A stretch of DNA of 57,853 bases from Methanosarcinales archaeon. GTDB taxonomy: Archaea; Halobacteriota; Methanosarcinia; Methanosarcinales; Methanogasteraceae. The stretch is from NCBI GenBank assembly GCA_004211975.1, contig RXIK01000114.1, positions 1 through 57,853 on the forward strand. The letters are read 5' to 3'. Of the stretch, positions 18,051 to 28,351 are shown one piece after another. Within the stretch, counting starts at the first letter, position 1. Each line of letters opens with the position of its first letter. A model generated the notes under the pieces. It was not told the origin of the DNA, did not search any database, and saw only the letters and a list, made by a program, of their open reading frames with translations. A program made the translations under genes and the position numbers.

Positions 18051-18243
18051 GATTCTGGATTTTTACCGTTTATTTGGTCCTTGATTTGCCACACCACAAC
18101 ACCTCGCGGCAGGGATAATTCTCCATGCTAACCAGAAGAATCAAAGAGTATTTCCCGAAGTATCCGTAAGTTTTATCGCATCATATTAAAGATAGAGAAC
18201 CAAAAAATGCCAGAACTGCCGGGCAAAGAGGAGGATATGATAT

Positions 18244-19359
18244 ATGAACATCAGCCAAACAATTTTTGAGGAATGCACTGACGATCTTGGACCTGAGAAG
18301 ATAATCCACATCTATGAACCTGTCGCAAAATTACGAGCGATTGTGGTGATTGACAACGCTGCCGCGGGACCTGCTATTGGCGGTGTCCGGATGGCTTTGG
18401 ATGTCACCACAACAGAGATAATGAGACTTGCAAGGGCGATGACACTTAAGAATGCTGCGGCAGGGCTTCCTCATGGTGGTGGTAAAGCCGGGATCATCGC
18501 GGACCCGAAGGTGGGGGGCAAAGAGGGTCTCATGCGGACGTTTGCACGAGCTATTGAGTCTCTTCGTGATTACACGCCGGGTCCTGATATGGGCACCGAC
18601 GAATCTTGCATGGCATATATATTTGATGAAATAAAGCGGGCTGTCGGTCTTCCGAGGGTGCTTGGCGGGATCCCTCTCGACGAGATTGGGGCAACCGGCT
18701 TCGGGGTTGCAGAATGTGCAGAGGTTGCGAAGGAATATATAAATCTGGATTTGAACGGTGCAAAACTCGTTGTTGAGGGCTTCGGGAACGTAGGCAAGAA
18801 TGCGGCGCGATTTCTCGAAGAAAAGGGTGCAATCCTTGTGGCTGCGAGCGATACCCGCGGAACTGTGTATAATAAGGACGGGCTCAATGTTTCGGGACTG
18901 ATACAAGTGAAAGAAGAAAAAGGGTCGGTCACCTACTACAAGGATGCAGAGAAGCTGAAAACAAAGGATCTCATAAAGATACCCGGCGACATATTTGTTC
19001 CTGCCGCAAGACCTGACGTCATCGATGAGAGAAACGTCAGCACACTTAACACAAAACTCATCATCCAGGGCGCAAATATTGCGATAACAATCGGTGCAGA
19101 GAAAGCACTTCACAAAAGGGGCGTTCTATCAGTCCCTGACTTCATAGCAAATGCCGGCGGCGTCATCGCGGCTGCGGTAGAATACCGGCACGGCGGCGAG
19201 AAAGAGGCTTTCTCCGAAATCAAGAGTAAAATAATAGCGAACACAAAGGAAATCCTCGATAAAACATACAATGAGGGCTTATACCCCCGGGATTCCGCTG
19301 AAATGATCGCAAAAGAACGGGTACTCTCTGCGATGCGCTACCGCAAACATATAATATAA
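18244..19359 (+). CDS. Glu/Leu/Phe/Val-family amino-acid dehydrogenase (short form)
   Basis: GGVRMALDVT...KNAAAGLPHGGGKAGI (catalytic Lys motif) and Rossmann VVEGFGNVGKNAARFL. 371 aa. Confidence 0.75.
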   Translation: MNISQTIFEECTDDLGPEKIIHIYEPVAKLRAIVVIDNAAAGPAIGGVRMALDVTTTEIMRLARAMTLKNAAAGLPHGGGKAGIIADPKVGGKEGLMRTFARAIESLRDYTPGPDMGTDESCMAYIFDEIKRAVGLPRVLGGIPLDEIGATGFGVAECAEVAKEYINLDLNGAKLVVEGFGNVGKNAARFLEEKGAILVAASDTRGTVYNKDGLNVSGLIQVKEEKGSVTYYKDAEKLKTKDLIKIPGDIFVPAARPDVIDERNVSTLNTKLIIQGANIAITIGAEKALHKRGVLSVPDFIANAGGVIAAAVEYRHGGEKEAFSEIKSKIIANTKEILDKTYNEGLYPRDSAEMIAKERVLSAMRYRKHII

Positions 19360-19367
19360 CCACCCCC

Positions 19368-20714
19368 ATGCTCTCAAATGTCCTTGAACCCGACTCGATC
19401 GCGGTGATCGGCGCATCCTCTAACCCTGAAAAATGGGGATACCGGATATTAGACAACATCATCTCAGGAGAGTATGCCGGATCAGTTTATCCAGTGAACC
19501 CAAATGAAAACGAGGTTCTGGGGATGCGATGCCACCCATCGGTTCTCAACATCCCGCACAGAATTGATCTTGGCATAATCACAGTTCCGGCAGAGATTGT
19601 CCCCCGGGTTCTGGAGGAATGCGGGAGACAAGGCACCCGCGGCGTTGTGATCGTGTCAGCAGGCTTCAGCGAGATTGGGAACAGTGAACTTGAGAACAAA
19701 GTCCGCGATATTGCGAGGAACCACGAGATGCGGATGATCGGTCCGAACACGTTTGGCTTCATCAACACACACCTCCACCTGAATGCGAGCATCATCCCAC
19801 AGATGCCCGAGATCGGTGGAACCTCGTTTGTGACCCAGAGCGGAACATTCGGGCTTGCGCTTGTGAACTGGGCGGCAAGCCAGCAGATGGGGCTTCACAT
19901 AGTCGTCGGAGTCGGGAACAAGGCAGACATCGATGATTCTGACATTCTTACATATCTGAGTGCTGATCAGCACACAAAAACGATCATGATGTATATCGAG
20001 GGGCTAAAGCGGGGAAGACAATTCATCGATGTCGCACGCAGGATCAGAAAGCCAATAATAGCGCTCAAAACCGGGAGATCACGCGCAGGAAGTAAGGCGG
20101 CACTATCACACACAGGATCACTTGCCGGCACCGACCGGATCTATAATGGGGCATTCAAGCAGGCAGGAGTCATCCGCGCAGAAACAATCGAGGAGCTCTT
20201 TGATTCTGCGCTTGCGCTCTCAATCTCTCCACCTGCCGATGATGGCATCGGAATAATCTCCAACGGTGGCGGCGCTTCGATTCTCGCAGCAGACCTATGT
20301 GAAAACCTCGGACTCCATCTTCCTGACCTGTCAGATGACGCGGTTCGGATGCTGAAAAGCGTACTCCCGGCAATTGCAACACCCGCAAATCCTCTGGACA
20401 CGGCAGGAGACGGCAGCTACAAGATGTTTAAGGATGTTATAGACCTCATGCTCTCTGATCCCGGTGTAAATGCTCTTTTGGTGATATACATCCATGCCGA
20501 GATGGTGGATCCATGCCTGCCGGCAGAGGCAGTGATTGATGCGAAAGATGGATGTGATAAACCGGTGATAACATCATGGATCGGCGGAACCGATATTGGG
20601 ACGGCGGTAAAACGCCTGGAAGAGAACCAAATACCAAACTATCCGCTGCCAGAACGCGCAGTAGCAGCACTTAATAATCTGGTGCGTTACAAAAAGATTC
20701 TGCAGAACAAATGA
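19368..20714 (+). CDS. acdA: ADP-forming acetyl-CoA synthetase (NDP-forming acyl-CoA synthetase), alpha subunit
   Basis: CoA-binding N-terminus SIAVIGASSNPEKWGY, ligase-CoA domain with the GSLAG/HTGSLAG His motif (LSHTGSLAGT). 448 aa. Confidence 0.75.
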   Translation: MLSNVLEPDSIAVIGASSNPEKWGYRILDNIISGEYAGSVYPVNPNENEVLGMRCHPSVLNIPHRIDLGIITVPAEIVPRVLEECGRQGTRGVVIVSAGFSEIGNSELENKVRDIARNHEMRMIGPNTFGFINTHLHLNASIIPQMPEIGGTSFVTQSGTFGLALVNWAASQQMGLHIVVGVGNKADIDDSDILTYLSADQHTKTIMMYIEGLKRGRQFIDVARRIRKPIIALKTGRSRAGSKAALSHTGSLAGTDRIYNGAFKQAGVIRAETIEELFDSALALSISPPADDGIGIISNGGGASILAADLCENLGLHLPDLSDDAVRMLKSVLPAIATPANPLDTAGDGSYKMFKDVIDLMLSDPGVNALLVIYIHAEMVDPCLPAEAVIDAKDGCDKPVITSWIGGTDIGTAVKRLEENQIPNYPLPERAVAALNNLVRYKKILQNK

Positions 20715-21346
20715 AGATATTAACCGAACACGAATCGAAAAAGCTGCTGGCAGAGTACGGGATACCAGTAACACGAGAAGCCGTGGCAAGCAACAAGGAG
20801 GATGCACTGCTACTTGCACGCAAGATTAAGTTTCCTGTTGCAATGAAGATCTCATCTCCGGATATTACGCATAAGAACGCTGCCGGATGCGTTCTTCTCG
20901 ATGTGGGCGCGCAGGATGTAAGGGCGGCGTTCGGGACAATTGTTGCGAATGCGAAGAAACATGCTCCAAATGCACGAACTGATGGCGTTCTTATCCAGGA
21001 GATGGTGCCGCGTGGAACCGAGATCGTAATCGGGATAAAATACGACTCACAGTTTGGTTATGCCGTGATGTTTGGGCTTGGCGGGGTCTTTATCGAGGTT
21101 ATTGACGCGGTCTCGTTCAGAATAGTTCCGCTTGCAAAGCGGGATGCGATCGAGATGACTGAGGAGATCAGGGGACGCCCGATTTTGGCTGGATGTAACA
21201 TGGGCGCGATAGTTGATGCCATACTCAAGGTGTCTGAGATGGCTGCGAAAGAAAACATACTCGAACTCGACATAAACCCGCTCATCGCGTGTGAACGGGG
21301 TGTGGTGGCAGTGGACGCCCGCGCAGTGATCCGGGGACCCCCCTAA
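20711..21346 (+). CDS. acdB: ADP-forming acetyl-CoA synthetase, beta (ATP-grasp) subunit
   Basis: ATGA overlap with the alpha gene. ILTEHESKKLLAEYGIPV...FPVAMKISSPDITHK... is a typical ATP-grasp_5 pattern. Confidence 0.7.
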   Translation: MKILTEHESKKLLAEYGIPVTREAVASNKEDALLLARKIKFPVAMKISSPDITHKNAAGCVLLDVGAQDVRAAFGTIVANAKKHAPNARTDGVLIQEMVPRGTEIVIGIKYDSQFGYAVMFGLGGVFIEVIDAVSFRIVPLAKRDAIEMTEEIRGRPILAGCNMGAIVDAILKVSEMAAKENILELDINPLIACERGVVAVDARAVIRGPP

Positions 21347-21384
21347 TAATCACCTCCCGACCCCGCACAACACGCTGCGGTTGC

Positions 21385-21541
21385 GAGATTCTGAGTTCTT
21401 TACTTATCCCGGTCGGTTGAACAACCTTATACCAGTCCTGCGAACCTTGGCACGATAGGACTTCCGAAATCAGTGGAATCGTGTTAATCTGTGGCAAATA
21501 AAAGCTTTTAGCCACCGATTAACACTGATTTCACAGATTTT
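21385..21541 (-). mobile_element. MITE family A, copy 5 (partial, inverted orientation)
   Basis: ggtcggttgaacaac...gacttccgaaatcagtggaatcgtgttaatctgtggcaaataaaagcttttagccaccgattaacactgatttcacagatt equals the reverse complement of the right arm plus hairpin of copy 1. The far arm is missing. Confidence 0.7.
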
Positions 21542-21613
21542 ACATGTCGCCCACGTAAATAAACTCATAAGATCACAGGTAATCCTGGATGGTGCGACAG
21601 CCAATTCCCAATT

Positions 21614-22063
21614 CTATTTGATATGTTTAATACTTTTTATGGTGCTTCGTTGCAATCCTGCGAGATACCGTCCAAGCCCCTGCACGTCTTTTATGTCCTT
21701 CCGCACCAGTTTCTTCAGGCGATCGCGCAAGCCGGTATCAACCACCACCGCATAAGGCTGCATATACTGAACAATCCGTTGCGCAAGTTCATTACCCCGC
21801 CGATCCCAGTCAGTCAGCACAATCACCGAATCACTGCTGCACGCAAGCATGTCCGCGAAATTCAGCAGTGGCTGCCCGCTCAGAGGAACAATCTTACCGC
21901 AAATCCCAAGATTACGCAGTGCCGCCACATCATGCTTCCCCTCCACCACAATCACCGCACCACTACCACTACCACCTGATCGTTCCAGGATATCCTGAAG
22001 TACTTGCTCAATCATCTCGCATCGAAGCGCATCCTCCTTATTTCGTGCAGTCATCAGCCACAT
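21614..22063 (-). CDS. Toprim-domain protein (small primase-like / RNase M5-like, COG1658 type)
   Basis: VIVVEGKHDVAALRNLG ... VIVLTDWDRRGNELA are the Toprim E and DxD motifs. The true start is probably an internal Met (MTARNK 22054 or MIEQV 22015), because 22063 overlaps the upstream gene. Confidence 0.6.
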   Translation of the reverse strand: MWLMTARNKEDALRCEMIEQVLQDILERSGGSGSGAVIVVEGKHDVAALRNLGICGKIVPLSGQPLLNFADMLACSSDSVIVLTDWDRRGNELAQRIVQYMQPYAVVVDTGLRDRLKKLVRKDIKDVQGLGRYLAGLQRSTIKSIKHIK

Positions 22064-22382
22064 CAGCCCCTAAAAACGGGCGCAAAGCATAAATCACATC
22101 CTCCCGGGCAACACCAATAAGCTTAACCGATTTCTTTGTGCTGGTTTCACCACTTAACCGAACCAACGATTGATTTATCCCAAATATCCCTGATAACTCC
22201 TTGATCAACTGTTTATTCGCCTTGCCACCCACAGCTTTTGCAGACAACCTTGCACGAATCCGGTTTCGCCATTCATCATATCCACTCGGAACTTCTGTGC
22301 TCTTTGATCCGGGCGTGACATCAAGATCAATTATTGTGTCCTCGCCCGTGCTTTTTATGGCGTTCTCATAAGACATGGTCAT
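22038..22382 (-). CDS. DUF167 / YggU (UPF0235) family protein
   Basis: LDVTPGSKSTEV...RLSAKAVGGKANKQLIKELSGIFG...VRLSGETSTKKSVKL matches the DUF167 signature (GKAN ... G.tSr.K). Confidence 0.65.
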   Translation of the reverse strand: MTMSYENAIKSTGEDTIIDLDVTPGSKSTEVPSGYDEWRNRIRARLSAKAVGGKANKQLIKELSGIFGINQSLVRLSGETSTKKSVKLIGVAREDVIYALRPFLGADVADDCTK

Positions 22383-22720
22383 GGCGACAGTAACTTGGGT
22401 GATCCGGACGACGTGGTCACTTGTGTTGGTGGCTGTAGCCCGGACGCACTAACTCCGCGAGATCATCCACTGGATATTTCCGTTGTCATCGCAGTACCCT
22501 CGTGCCGGGCATAACGCCATGTTCCACACCTGGGTTGGCTATACAGTCATTGATAGGCGTACCAGTAACTCCTGCAAGGACCTATGTGGTGCGGTTTTGT
22601 ACCCCTTCATTTGCTCCGATGATCACCAATCACATCAGCCCTCGAAGAAGGGATATTTACCATCTGCAACACCATGATATATATCGCTTGCCACCAAAGC
22701 CACTTTCACAATAAGACCGG

Positions 22721-24745
22721 GTGGCAGGCAGCTGTCGGCAGCTCCAACAAGAGCGAATACTTTATATGAGAACTAACAAAGTGATGTATACTATGACTGA
22801 TGAGATAAACGATAATCCGCCAGAGACAGAGGGTGAAGGGCTGGCAGATGGTGATCTACTTGACGAGATTGATATCAAATCAACAAGAGATCTTGAGGTA
22901 CCACAACTGCTCATCGATCGAGTGATCGGGCAAGAAAGTGCCAGCGCAATCATCAAGAAAGCAGCACAACAACGAAGACATGTGCTGTTAATCGGGACCC
23001 CAGGCACCGGGAAATCAATGTTAGCTCAAGCAATGGCTGAATTGCTACCAAAAGAAGAGCTAAAGGACATTCTTATTTACCACAACCCGGAAGATGGAAA
23101 TAATCCAAAAATACGTGAAATTAAAGCTGGCAAAGGCACACAGATCGTTAACGCTCACAAATTAGAAGCCCAGCGAAAAGCGCAGATAAGAAACACAATT
23201 TTACTAGTAATCGGATTCGCAATACTTATCTACGCAGCATCCCTTGGTGGAATGGCTCTACTATGGGGAATTCTTGCGGTTTTACTGATCATGGTTATCG
23301 GCAGGCAGTTTGTGCACGGCGAAAAAGGAGTTGTGCCAAAGCTGCTCGTAAACAACCGAGAACGCGATTCAGCACGGTTCGTGGATGCAACAGGTGCACA
23401 TGCAGGTGCACTGCTCGGAGACGTACGGCACGACCCGTTCCAGTCAGGCGGACTTGAAACACCATCCCACGATCGAGTTGAAGCTGGCGACATCCATAAG
23501 GCACACAAAGGAGTGCTCTTCATCGACGAGATCAATATCCTGCGCCCCGAGTCCCAACAGAGCCTGCTCACAGCACTACAAGAAAAAGAATATGCAATCA
23601 CAGGACAGTCAGAACGCAGTTCAGGCGCTCTTGTCAAGACACAGCCAGTTCCATGCGGCTTTATCATGGTCGCAGCAGGAAATCTGGACGCCGTAGAGGG
23701 CATGCATCCCGCGCTCAGGTCAAGAATCAAAGGCTACGGGTATGAGATCTATATGCACGACACAATGGACGACACCCCGAAAAACCGCCAGAAACTCGTT
23801 CGATTTATTGCTCAGGAGGTCGATAAGGACGAAAAAATCCCTCATTTCGACAAGGGTGCCGTTCGCGAGGTTTTGCGCGAGGCAAGAAGGCGGGCAGGGA
23901 GAAAAGGACACCTCACACTGAAACTGCGTGATCTCGGAGGTCTTGTCAGGGTTTCGGGCGACATCGCACATGCCGAAGAAGCAACAATAGTTACTTCAAC
24001 TCACGTACTCGCCGCAAAGCGAATGTCCAGATCAGTTGAACAACAACTCGCAGACCAGCACCTTGAACAGCGCATGGACTACAAGATGTACCACAAGAAA
24101 GGCGCCGAGATCGGACGAGTAAACGGTCTTGCCGTGGTGGGTGGAGATTCAGGAGTTGTTCTGCCGATCATGGCAGAAGTAACTCCTGCACTATCCAAAA
24201 ACGAGGGAAAGCTGATCGCAACCGGGATGCTTAAGGATATTGCAAAAGAAGCCGTTCAGAATGTTTCAGCCCTCATCAAGAAGGTTACAGGCAAGGACAC
24301 ATCAAACACGGATATCCACGTCCAGTTCATCGGCACTTACGAGGGTGTGGAAGGTGACAGCGCATCAATTTCCATAGCAACCGCAGTCATATCCGCGTTT
24401 GAGGAGATTCCTATCGATCAGTCGGTCGCCATGACCGGCTCGCTATCGGTACGGGGCGATGTGCTCCCTGTTGGAGGCGTCACATACAAGATCGAGGCTG
24501 CGGCGCAGGCAGGCATCACAACCATAATCATACCAAAAGCGAATGAGGGCGATGTCCTGATCGAGGAAGAATACCGTGATATGGTGAAGATCGTGCCGGT
24601 CTCAAAGATCAGCGAGGTGCTTGAGATCAGCCTGGTAGGCAACGGGAAAGAGGGCTTGCTCAATACGATCAAGCGGTTCTCCAAGAAGGTGAATATCCCG
24701 ATCCCCGAGCTTAACGTACCGATTCCCTCGTATGGCACCCATTAA
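22721..24745 (+). CDS. lon: Archaeal membrane-anchored Lon protease (LonB)
   Basis: Walker [14 protein letters not shown], two TM helices inserted in the AAA+ module ([35 protein letters not shown]), Walker B VLFIDEI, and a C-terminal Lon protease domain ([15 protein letters not shown]). The start is uncertain: GTG 22721 versus ATG 22766, 22784 or 22793. Confidence 0.9.
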   Translation: MAGSCRQLQQERILYMRTNKVMYTMTDEINDNPPETEGEGLADGDLLDEIDIKSTRDLEVPQLLIDRVIGQESASAIIKKAAQQRRHVLLIGTPGTGKSMLAQAMAELLPKEELKDILIYHNPEDGNNPKIREIKAGKGTQIVNAHKLEAQRKAQIRNTILLVIGFAILIYAASLGGMALLWGILAVLLIMVIGRQFVHGEKGVVPKLLVNNRERDSARFVDATGAHAGALLGDVRHDPFQSGGLETPSHDRVEAGDIHKAHKGVLFIDEINILRPESQQSLLTALQEKEYAITGQSERSSGALVKTQPVPCGFIMVAAGNLDAVEGMHPALRSRIKGYGYEIYMHDTMDDTPKNRQKLVRFIAQEVDKDEKIPHFDKGAVREVLREARRRAGRKGHLTLKLRDLGGLVRVSGDIAHAEEATIVTSTHVLAAKRMSRSVEQQLADQHLEQRMDYKMYHKKGAEIGRVNGLAVVGGDSGVVLPIMAEVTPALSKNEGKLIATGMLKDIAKEAVQNVSALIKKVTGKDTSNTDIHVQFIGTYEGVEGDSASISIATAVISAFEEIPIDQSVAMTGSLSVRGDVLPVGGVTYKIEAAAQAGITTIIIPKANEGDVLIEEEYRDMVKIVPVSKISEVLEISLVGNGKEGLLNTIKRFSKKVNIPIPELNVPIPSYGTH

Positions 24746-24897
24746 TCAGGTGCATGCTCAAGCAACCCCGTGAGCCACAAGATTACACGGATTTCCACAG
24801 GATTTCTGTGTTAATCTCGTGAAATCTTGTGCACTTTTCGTGGTTTACACATATATCCAAAATCACTGACAATTGTCAGGGGAAACAAAGGAAAGCG

Positions 24898-25185
24898 TCA
24901 ACGCTTCCCTCTGACGTTGCTGTATATCCGTCTGAAACCAAGCAGCACAAGTGTCGCTATGATCAAGGAGCATACCGAAACAACAATCATGAGCCCACCC
25001 ATCTCAAATGAACAAAGCGACGCAATCCTCCGCAGGATCATGAAAAAGATCGCGAAAACAAGTAGATTCAATGATTTTAATTCTTTGGGTATGTGCTTTG
25101 TTAAAGAACACCCATAATAGAATGCAATTACCATGATAACCACCGCGAGAAGCTCTATAACCATTGCAAGGGTTTTGTAATCCAT
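24898..25185 (-). CDS. Small hydrophobic protein (about 3 TM helices), unknown function
   Basis: ORF 24898..25209 trimmed to ATG 25183-25185 (MDYKTLAMV), 4 nt after the TrkA stop. It has three hydrophobic stretches. There is no family recognition, so this could be spurious. Confidence 0.35.
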   Translation of the reverse strand: MDYKTLAMVIELLAVVIMVIAFYYGCSLTKHIPKELKSLNLLVFAIFFMILRRIASLCSFEMGGLMIVVSVCSLIIATLVLLGFRRIYSNVRGKR

Positions 25186-25189
25186 TATT

Positions 25190-25912
25190 TTACCTGAACA
25201 ACTCTCCAATCTTCCCTATTATAATCTTTTCCGGGCTCTCCGGCTGTGCATGTTCATACTCTTCGAATTTCCGTATCTGCTCCCTGTCACCCACAATAGC
25301 AAGTATCGAATCAGCTTCTACAACTGTATTTCCGTACAGATCAATAACTGTCTTTCCGTCTTGTTCTATCGCTATAACCGTGCAACCAACCTTCGATCTT
25401 AGATCCAGTTCTTTGAGGGTCTTCCCTGCAAACGAAGAGCCTTTTTTAACATGGTATTTCTCGATTACTATGCCCTCATAGAGCATTACCACATCTTCTT
25501 TCTGTTTGGAGATCGCCAGTTTTGCAATCATCTGCCCCACCACGATGGAGAGCGATGCAACATAATCGGCGCCAGCTCTATATATCTTACCACATATCGG
25601 CGCGTTCGCCCTCGCCAGAATGATGGCGTCCGGAGCGAGCGTCCTTGCAACAAGCGTTGCAAAAATCGTGTCGGTATCGGTGTTCAGCGCTATTATAACC
25701 GTGGATGCGGATGCAATCCCCGCCCTCCCAAGAACCTCTTCGCTTGCACCATCTCCAACCACATAGTCGAAACCCTGCCCCAACAGGGCGTCTTCGTTTT
25801 TATCCACCACAGTAAATTCAACCCCGGCATCCACAAGTTCAAGGACAATGCTCCTGCCAACATCCCCATACCCAACAACCACCGTGTGTCCACGTTTTGT
25901 TTCCATATCCAC
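25190..25912 (-). CDS. trkA: TrkA-type RCK protein (TrkA-N NAD-binding + TrkA-C)
   Basis: HTVVVGYGDVGRSIVLEL Rossmann motif. C-terminal TrkA-C pattern (GSSFAGKTLKELDLRSKVGCTVIAIEQDGK...VEADSILAIVG). Confidence 0.75.
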   Translation of the reverse strand: MDMETKRGHTVVVGYGDVGRSIVLELVDAGVEFTVVDKNEDALLGQGFDYVVGDGASEEVLGRAGIASASTVIIALNTDTDTIFATLVARTLAPDAIILARANAPICGKIYRAGADYVASLSIVVGQMIAKLAISKQKEDVVMLYEGIVIEKYHVKKGSSFAGKTLKELDLRSKVGCTVIAIEQDGKTVIDLYGNTVVEADSILAIVGDREQIRKFEEYEHAQPESPEKIIIGKIGELFR

Positions 25913-25921
25913 ATCATCCTC

Positions 25922-26935
25922 TTATCTGGTCAACTTCTCCAGAGATAGCAGGTGTTCATCGGTTCCAACCGCCAGCAGAATCGAATTGGATCTGATTATC
26001 TCGGTCGATTTCGGATTGAGTGAGAGTTCGCCGATTGTCCACATCCCTATAATGTTACATCCGGTCCGTTTCCGTATCTCTGACTCTTCCAAGCTCTTTC
26101 CAATCAGTTCACTCTCCGGATGGATCGGGAATTCGATTATCTCGATATCTTCCAGGAACTTGGTTGCACCGACCAGATGGCTGACTGTTGGGTCGGCTGC
26201 CTTCCTGCCCATGAACGAACCAAGCATTGATTTCAGAGCGATCACACTGTCTGCACCCGCGTACTCCAGATACTTTCTCTTTGACAAATCTTCAAGAATA
26301 GCGATTGTTTTCACCTCGCACATATCTCTCGCGGTTAAAACAATATCTGCGTTGATCTCGTCGCTTTTATTAGCTATTAAAATCATTGCTTTTGTTATAT
26401 TAGCTCCATTAAGAGTATTTTTGTCGCACGGAGCTCCGTGAATACAGAGAATGCCGCGTTCTAACAAGTCGCTAACAACGCCACTATCATCATCCACTAT
26501 CACAAAAGGAATCTGCTGGTGCCCCAGTTCCTCAATCAAGCTCTCAACAATCAAGCTGTATCCACAGATGATCAGGTGGTCTGACAACGCCTGTGACACG
26601 CTCACCGGCAGCGATGATTTTACCCGTGACTCGATCCAGGGTGTGATAACCAGTGGGAAAAGCAGTGCGAACAATAGAACAACTCCGGAAATAGCGACCA
26701 CAACTGAGAATAACATCCCTGTTTCCTCTACAAAATAAACATCCCCATATCCAACGGTTGTCATGGTTGCAATGACCCAGTAAAATGCGGTCACAATGTT
26801 CACGTTCCCCATCTGCCATGGCATGTGCTGACCCTCTCTAAACATCAGAAATAGGAAAACTGCACAGTATACGATGATGAGGCTGACGACTCTAGCTAAA
26901 TAATTAATAATCGACTTATTAATATTTATGCCCAT
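25922..26935 (-). CDS. MthK-like K+ channel (2-TM pore with TVGYGD filter + cytoplasmic RCK domain)
   Basis: Selectivity filter MTTVGYGDV. Two flanking TM helices. RCK: HLIICGYSLIVESLIEEL plus a TrkA-C-like end. Confidence 0.85.
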   Translation of the reverse strand: MGININKSIINYLARVVSLIIVYCAVFLFLMFREGQHMPWQMGNVNIVTAFYWVIATMTTVGYGDVYFVEETGMLFSVVVAISGVVLLFALLFPLVITPWIESRVKSSLPVSVSQALSDHLIICGYSLIVESLIEELGHQQIPFVIVDDDSGVVSDLLERGILCIHGAPCDKNTLNGANITKAMILIANKSDEINADIVLTARDMCEVKTIAILEDLSKRKYLEYAGADSVIALKSMLGSFMGRKAADPTVSHLVGATKFLEDIEIIEFPIHPESELIGKSLEESEIRKRTGCNIIGMWTIGELSLNPKSTEIIRSNSILLAVGTDEHLLSLEKLTR

Positions 26936-26937
26936 GA

Positions 26938-28113
26938 TTATTTCATTATTTTCTGCACCAAACGCGCCTGAAACCCATGATACTTCGAAAATCCTTCGGA
27001 ATCCTTCTGATCAATCGAGGACTCACCAAACGATACCAGTTCTTCAGAATAAAGCGCGAAATCAGATCTCCTTGCAACCACTATCGCAGAACCCTTATAC
27101 AATCGCACTTTCACGTCTCCAGTGACTCGCTTCTGGGTTTCATCAATGAACGCAGAGAGATCAGCATACAGCGGATCATCCACAAGACCCATGTACGCAA
27201 GCTCAGCCCACGCAGCATCCACCATCGCCTTGAACCGGAGTTCATCCCGAGTAAGGATGAGCGACTCAAGATCACGATGCGCGGAAAGAAGTATCGTTGC
27301 AGCAGGATGCTCATAGATCTCCCGCGCCTTTAGTCCGAGCACACGGTCCTCAATGGCATCTGTCCGCCCGATTCCATGCACACCCCCAATTTTGTTAAGC
27401 TTTGCAATCAGCGAAACACCATCCAACACAATCCCGTTTAATGCTACAGGAACCCCGTTTTCAAATGCTAAATCTATAATCACAGGATCCGGTGCCGCTT
27501 CCGGCGACGCGGTCCACTCATAAATCTCTTCAGGCGGAATAAAATACGGATCCTCCAGCCTGCCACCCTCAATGCTACGACTCCACAGGTTTTCATCCAC
27601 ACTCCAGATCTTCTCCCTACTAACCGTCACCGGTATCCCGTGGTCTGACGCATAATCAATCTCCCATTCCCTTGTCAGGTTCATGTCGCGCATCGGCGCA
27701 ACAACATCAAAACCGGTCGCCCTGAACACAACCTCAAAACGAAGCTGGTCATTACCTTTGCCGGTGCAGCCATGCGCCAGGGCATCCGCCTTCTCAGATT
27801 CGGCAATTTCAGCAATCTTCTTTGCGATTAGCGGGCGAGCAAGCGCCGTCCCAAGCACATAACCCTCATAAAGCCCGTTTGCTTTGATCGAAGGGAATAA
27901 ATAGCCAGTTACGAACTCCTCCTTCAAATCAAGGGTGTAATGCTCATCAGCAATGGTTTTTGCGCGCTTTGTTGCGTCATCAACCTCAGATGCGGGTTGC
28001 CCCACGTCAGCAACAACTGTGATCACACGATCGTAATCATATTGCTCTTTAAGGAGCGGAATGCAGACAGACGTGTCTAAACCGCCAGAATATGCAAGTA
28101 CTACTGTTTTCAT
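26938..28113 (-). CDS. argG: Argininosuccinate synthase
   Basis: [27 protein letters not shown], 391 aa. Confidence 0.95.
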   Translation of the reverse strand: MKTVVLAYSGGLDTSVCIPLLKEQYDYDRVITVVADVGQPASEVDDATKRAKTIADEHYTLDLKEEFVTGYLFPSIKANGLYEGYVLGTALARPLIAKKIAEIAESEKADALAHGCTGKGNDQLRFEVVFRATGFDVVAPMRDMNLTREWEIDYASDHGIPVTVSREKIWSVDENLWSRSIEGGRLEDPYFIPPEEIYEWTASPEAAPDPVIIDLAFENGVPVALNGIVLDGVSLIAKLNKIGGVHGIGRTDAIEDRVLGLKAREIYEHPAATILLSAHRDLESLILTRDELRFKAMVDAAWAELAYMGLVDDPLYADLSAFIDETQKRVTGDVKVRLYKGSAIVVARRSDFALYSEELVSFGESSIDQKDSEGFSKYHGFQARLVQKIMK

Positions 28114-28351
28114 GATGCTACTCCTATTATCAATAATGGTGCGGGTGAGCTACTTATGATTGTTCATCGTTATCGTTGTCATTCTCTTTTTTCTGACATT
28201 AAGTCTCCCGCACAATGGATGTGAATTTGTGAGCAACAACTATACATAGCTGCTTTCCGGACATCTGACCGGACCATCGGTTCAAAAGGTGTGAGTGGCG
28301 CCATGATACAACACTATTAAGTATCAGTAATCCGTAATATTCAAAATACAA

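Noticed and set aside
18331-19113. 260-aa minus-strand ORF
   Set aside because: It is antisense to the amino-acid dehydrogenase gene and has no motifs.
22383-22765. Long (~380 nt) gene-free stretch upstream of lon as SRP RNA / RNase P RNA / other ncRNA
   Set aside because: I looked for the SRP helix-8 signature (..CAGG.CCGGAAGG.AGCA..) and the RNase P CR-I (GAGGAAAGUCC) on both strands and found neither. There are only local hairpins (for example gcttgccacc 22686-22695 / ggtggcaggc 22719-22728). An unrecognised leader or sRNA remains possible, but I cannot support it.
24788-24832. Short fragments resembling the MITE A core (also 52990-53045)
   Set aside because: The matches are 20-40 nt and degenerate (gtgttaatctcgtgaaatc; atctgtgaaatcggtggctgataaaag). 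They are too weak to call as copies without a model-based search.
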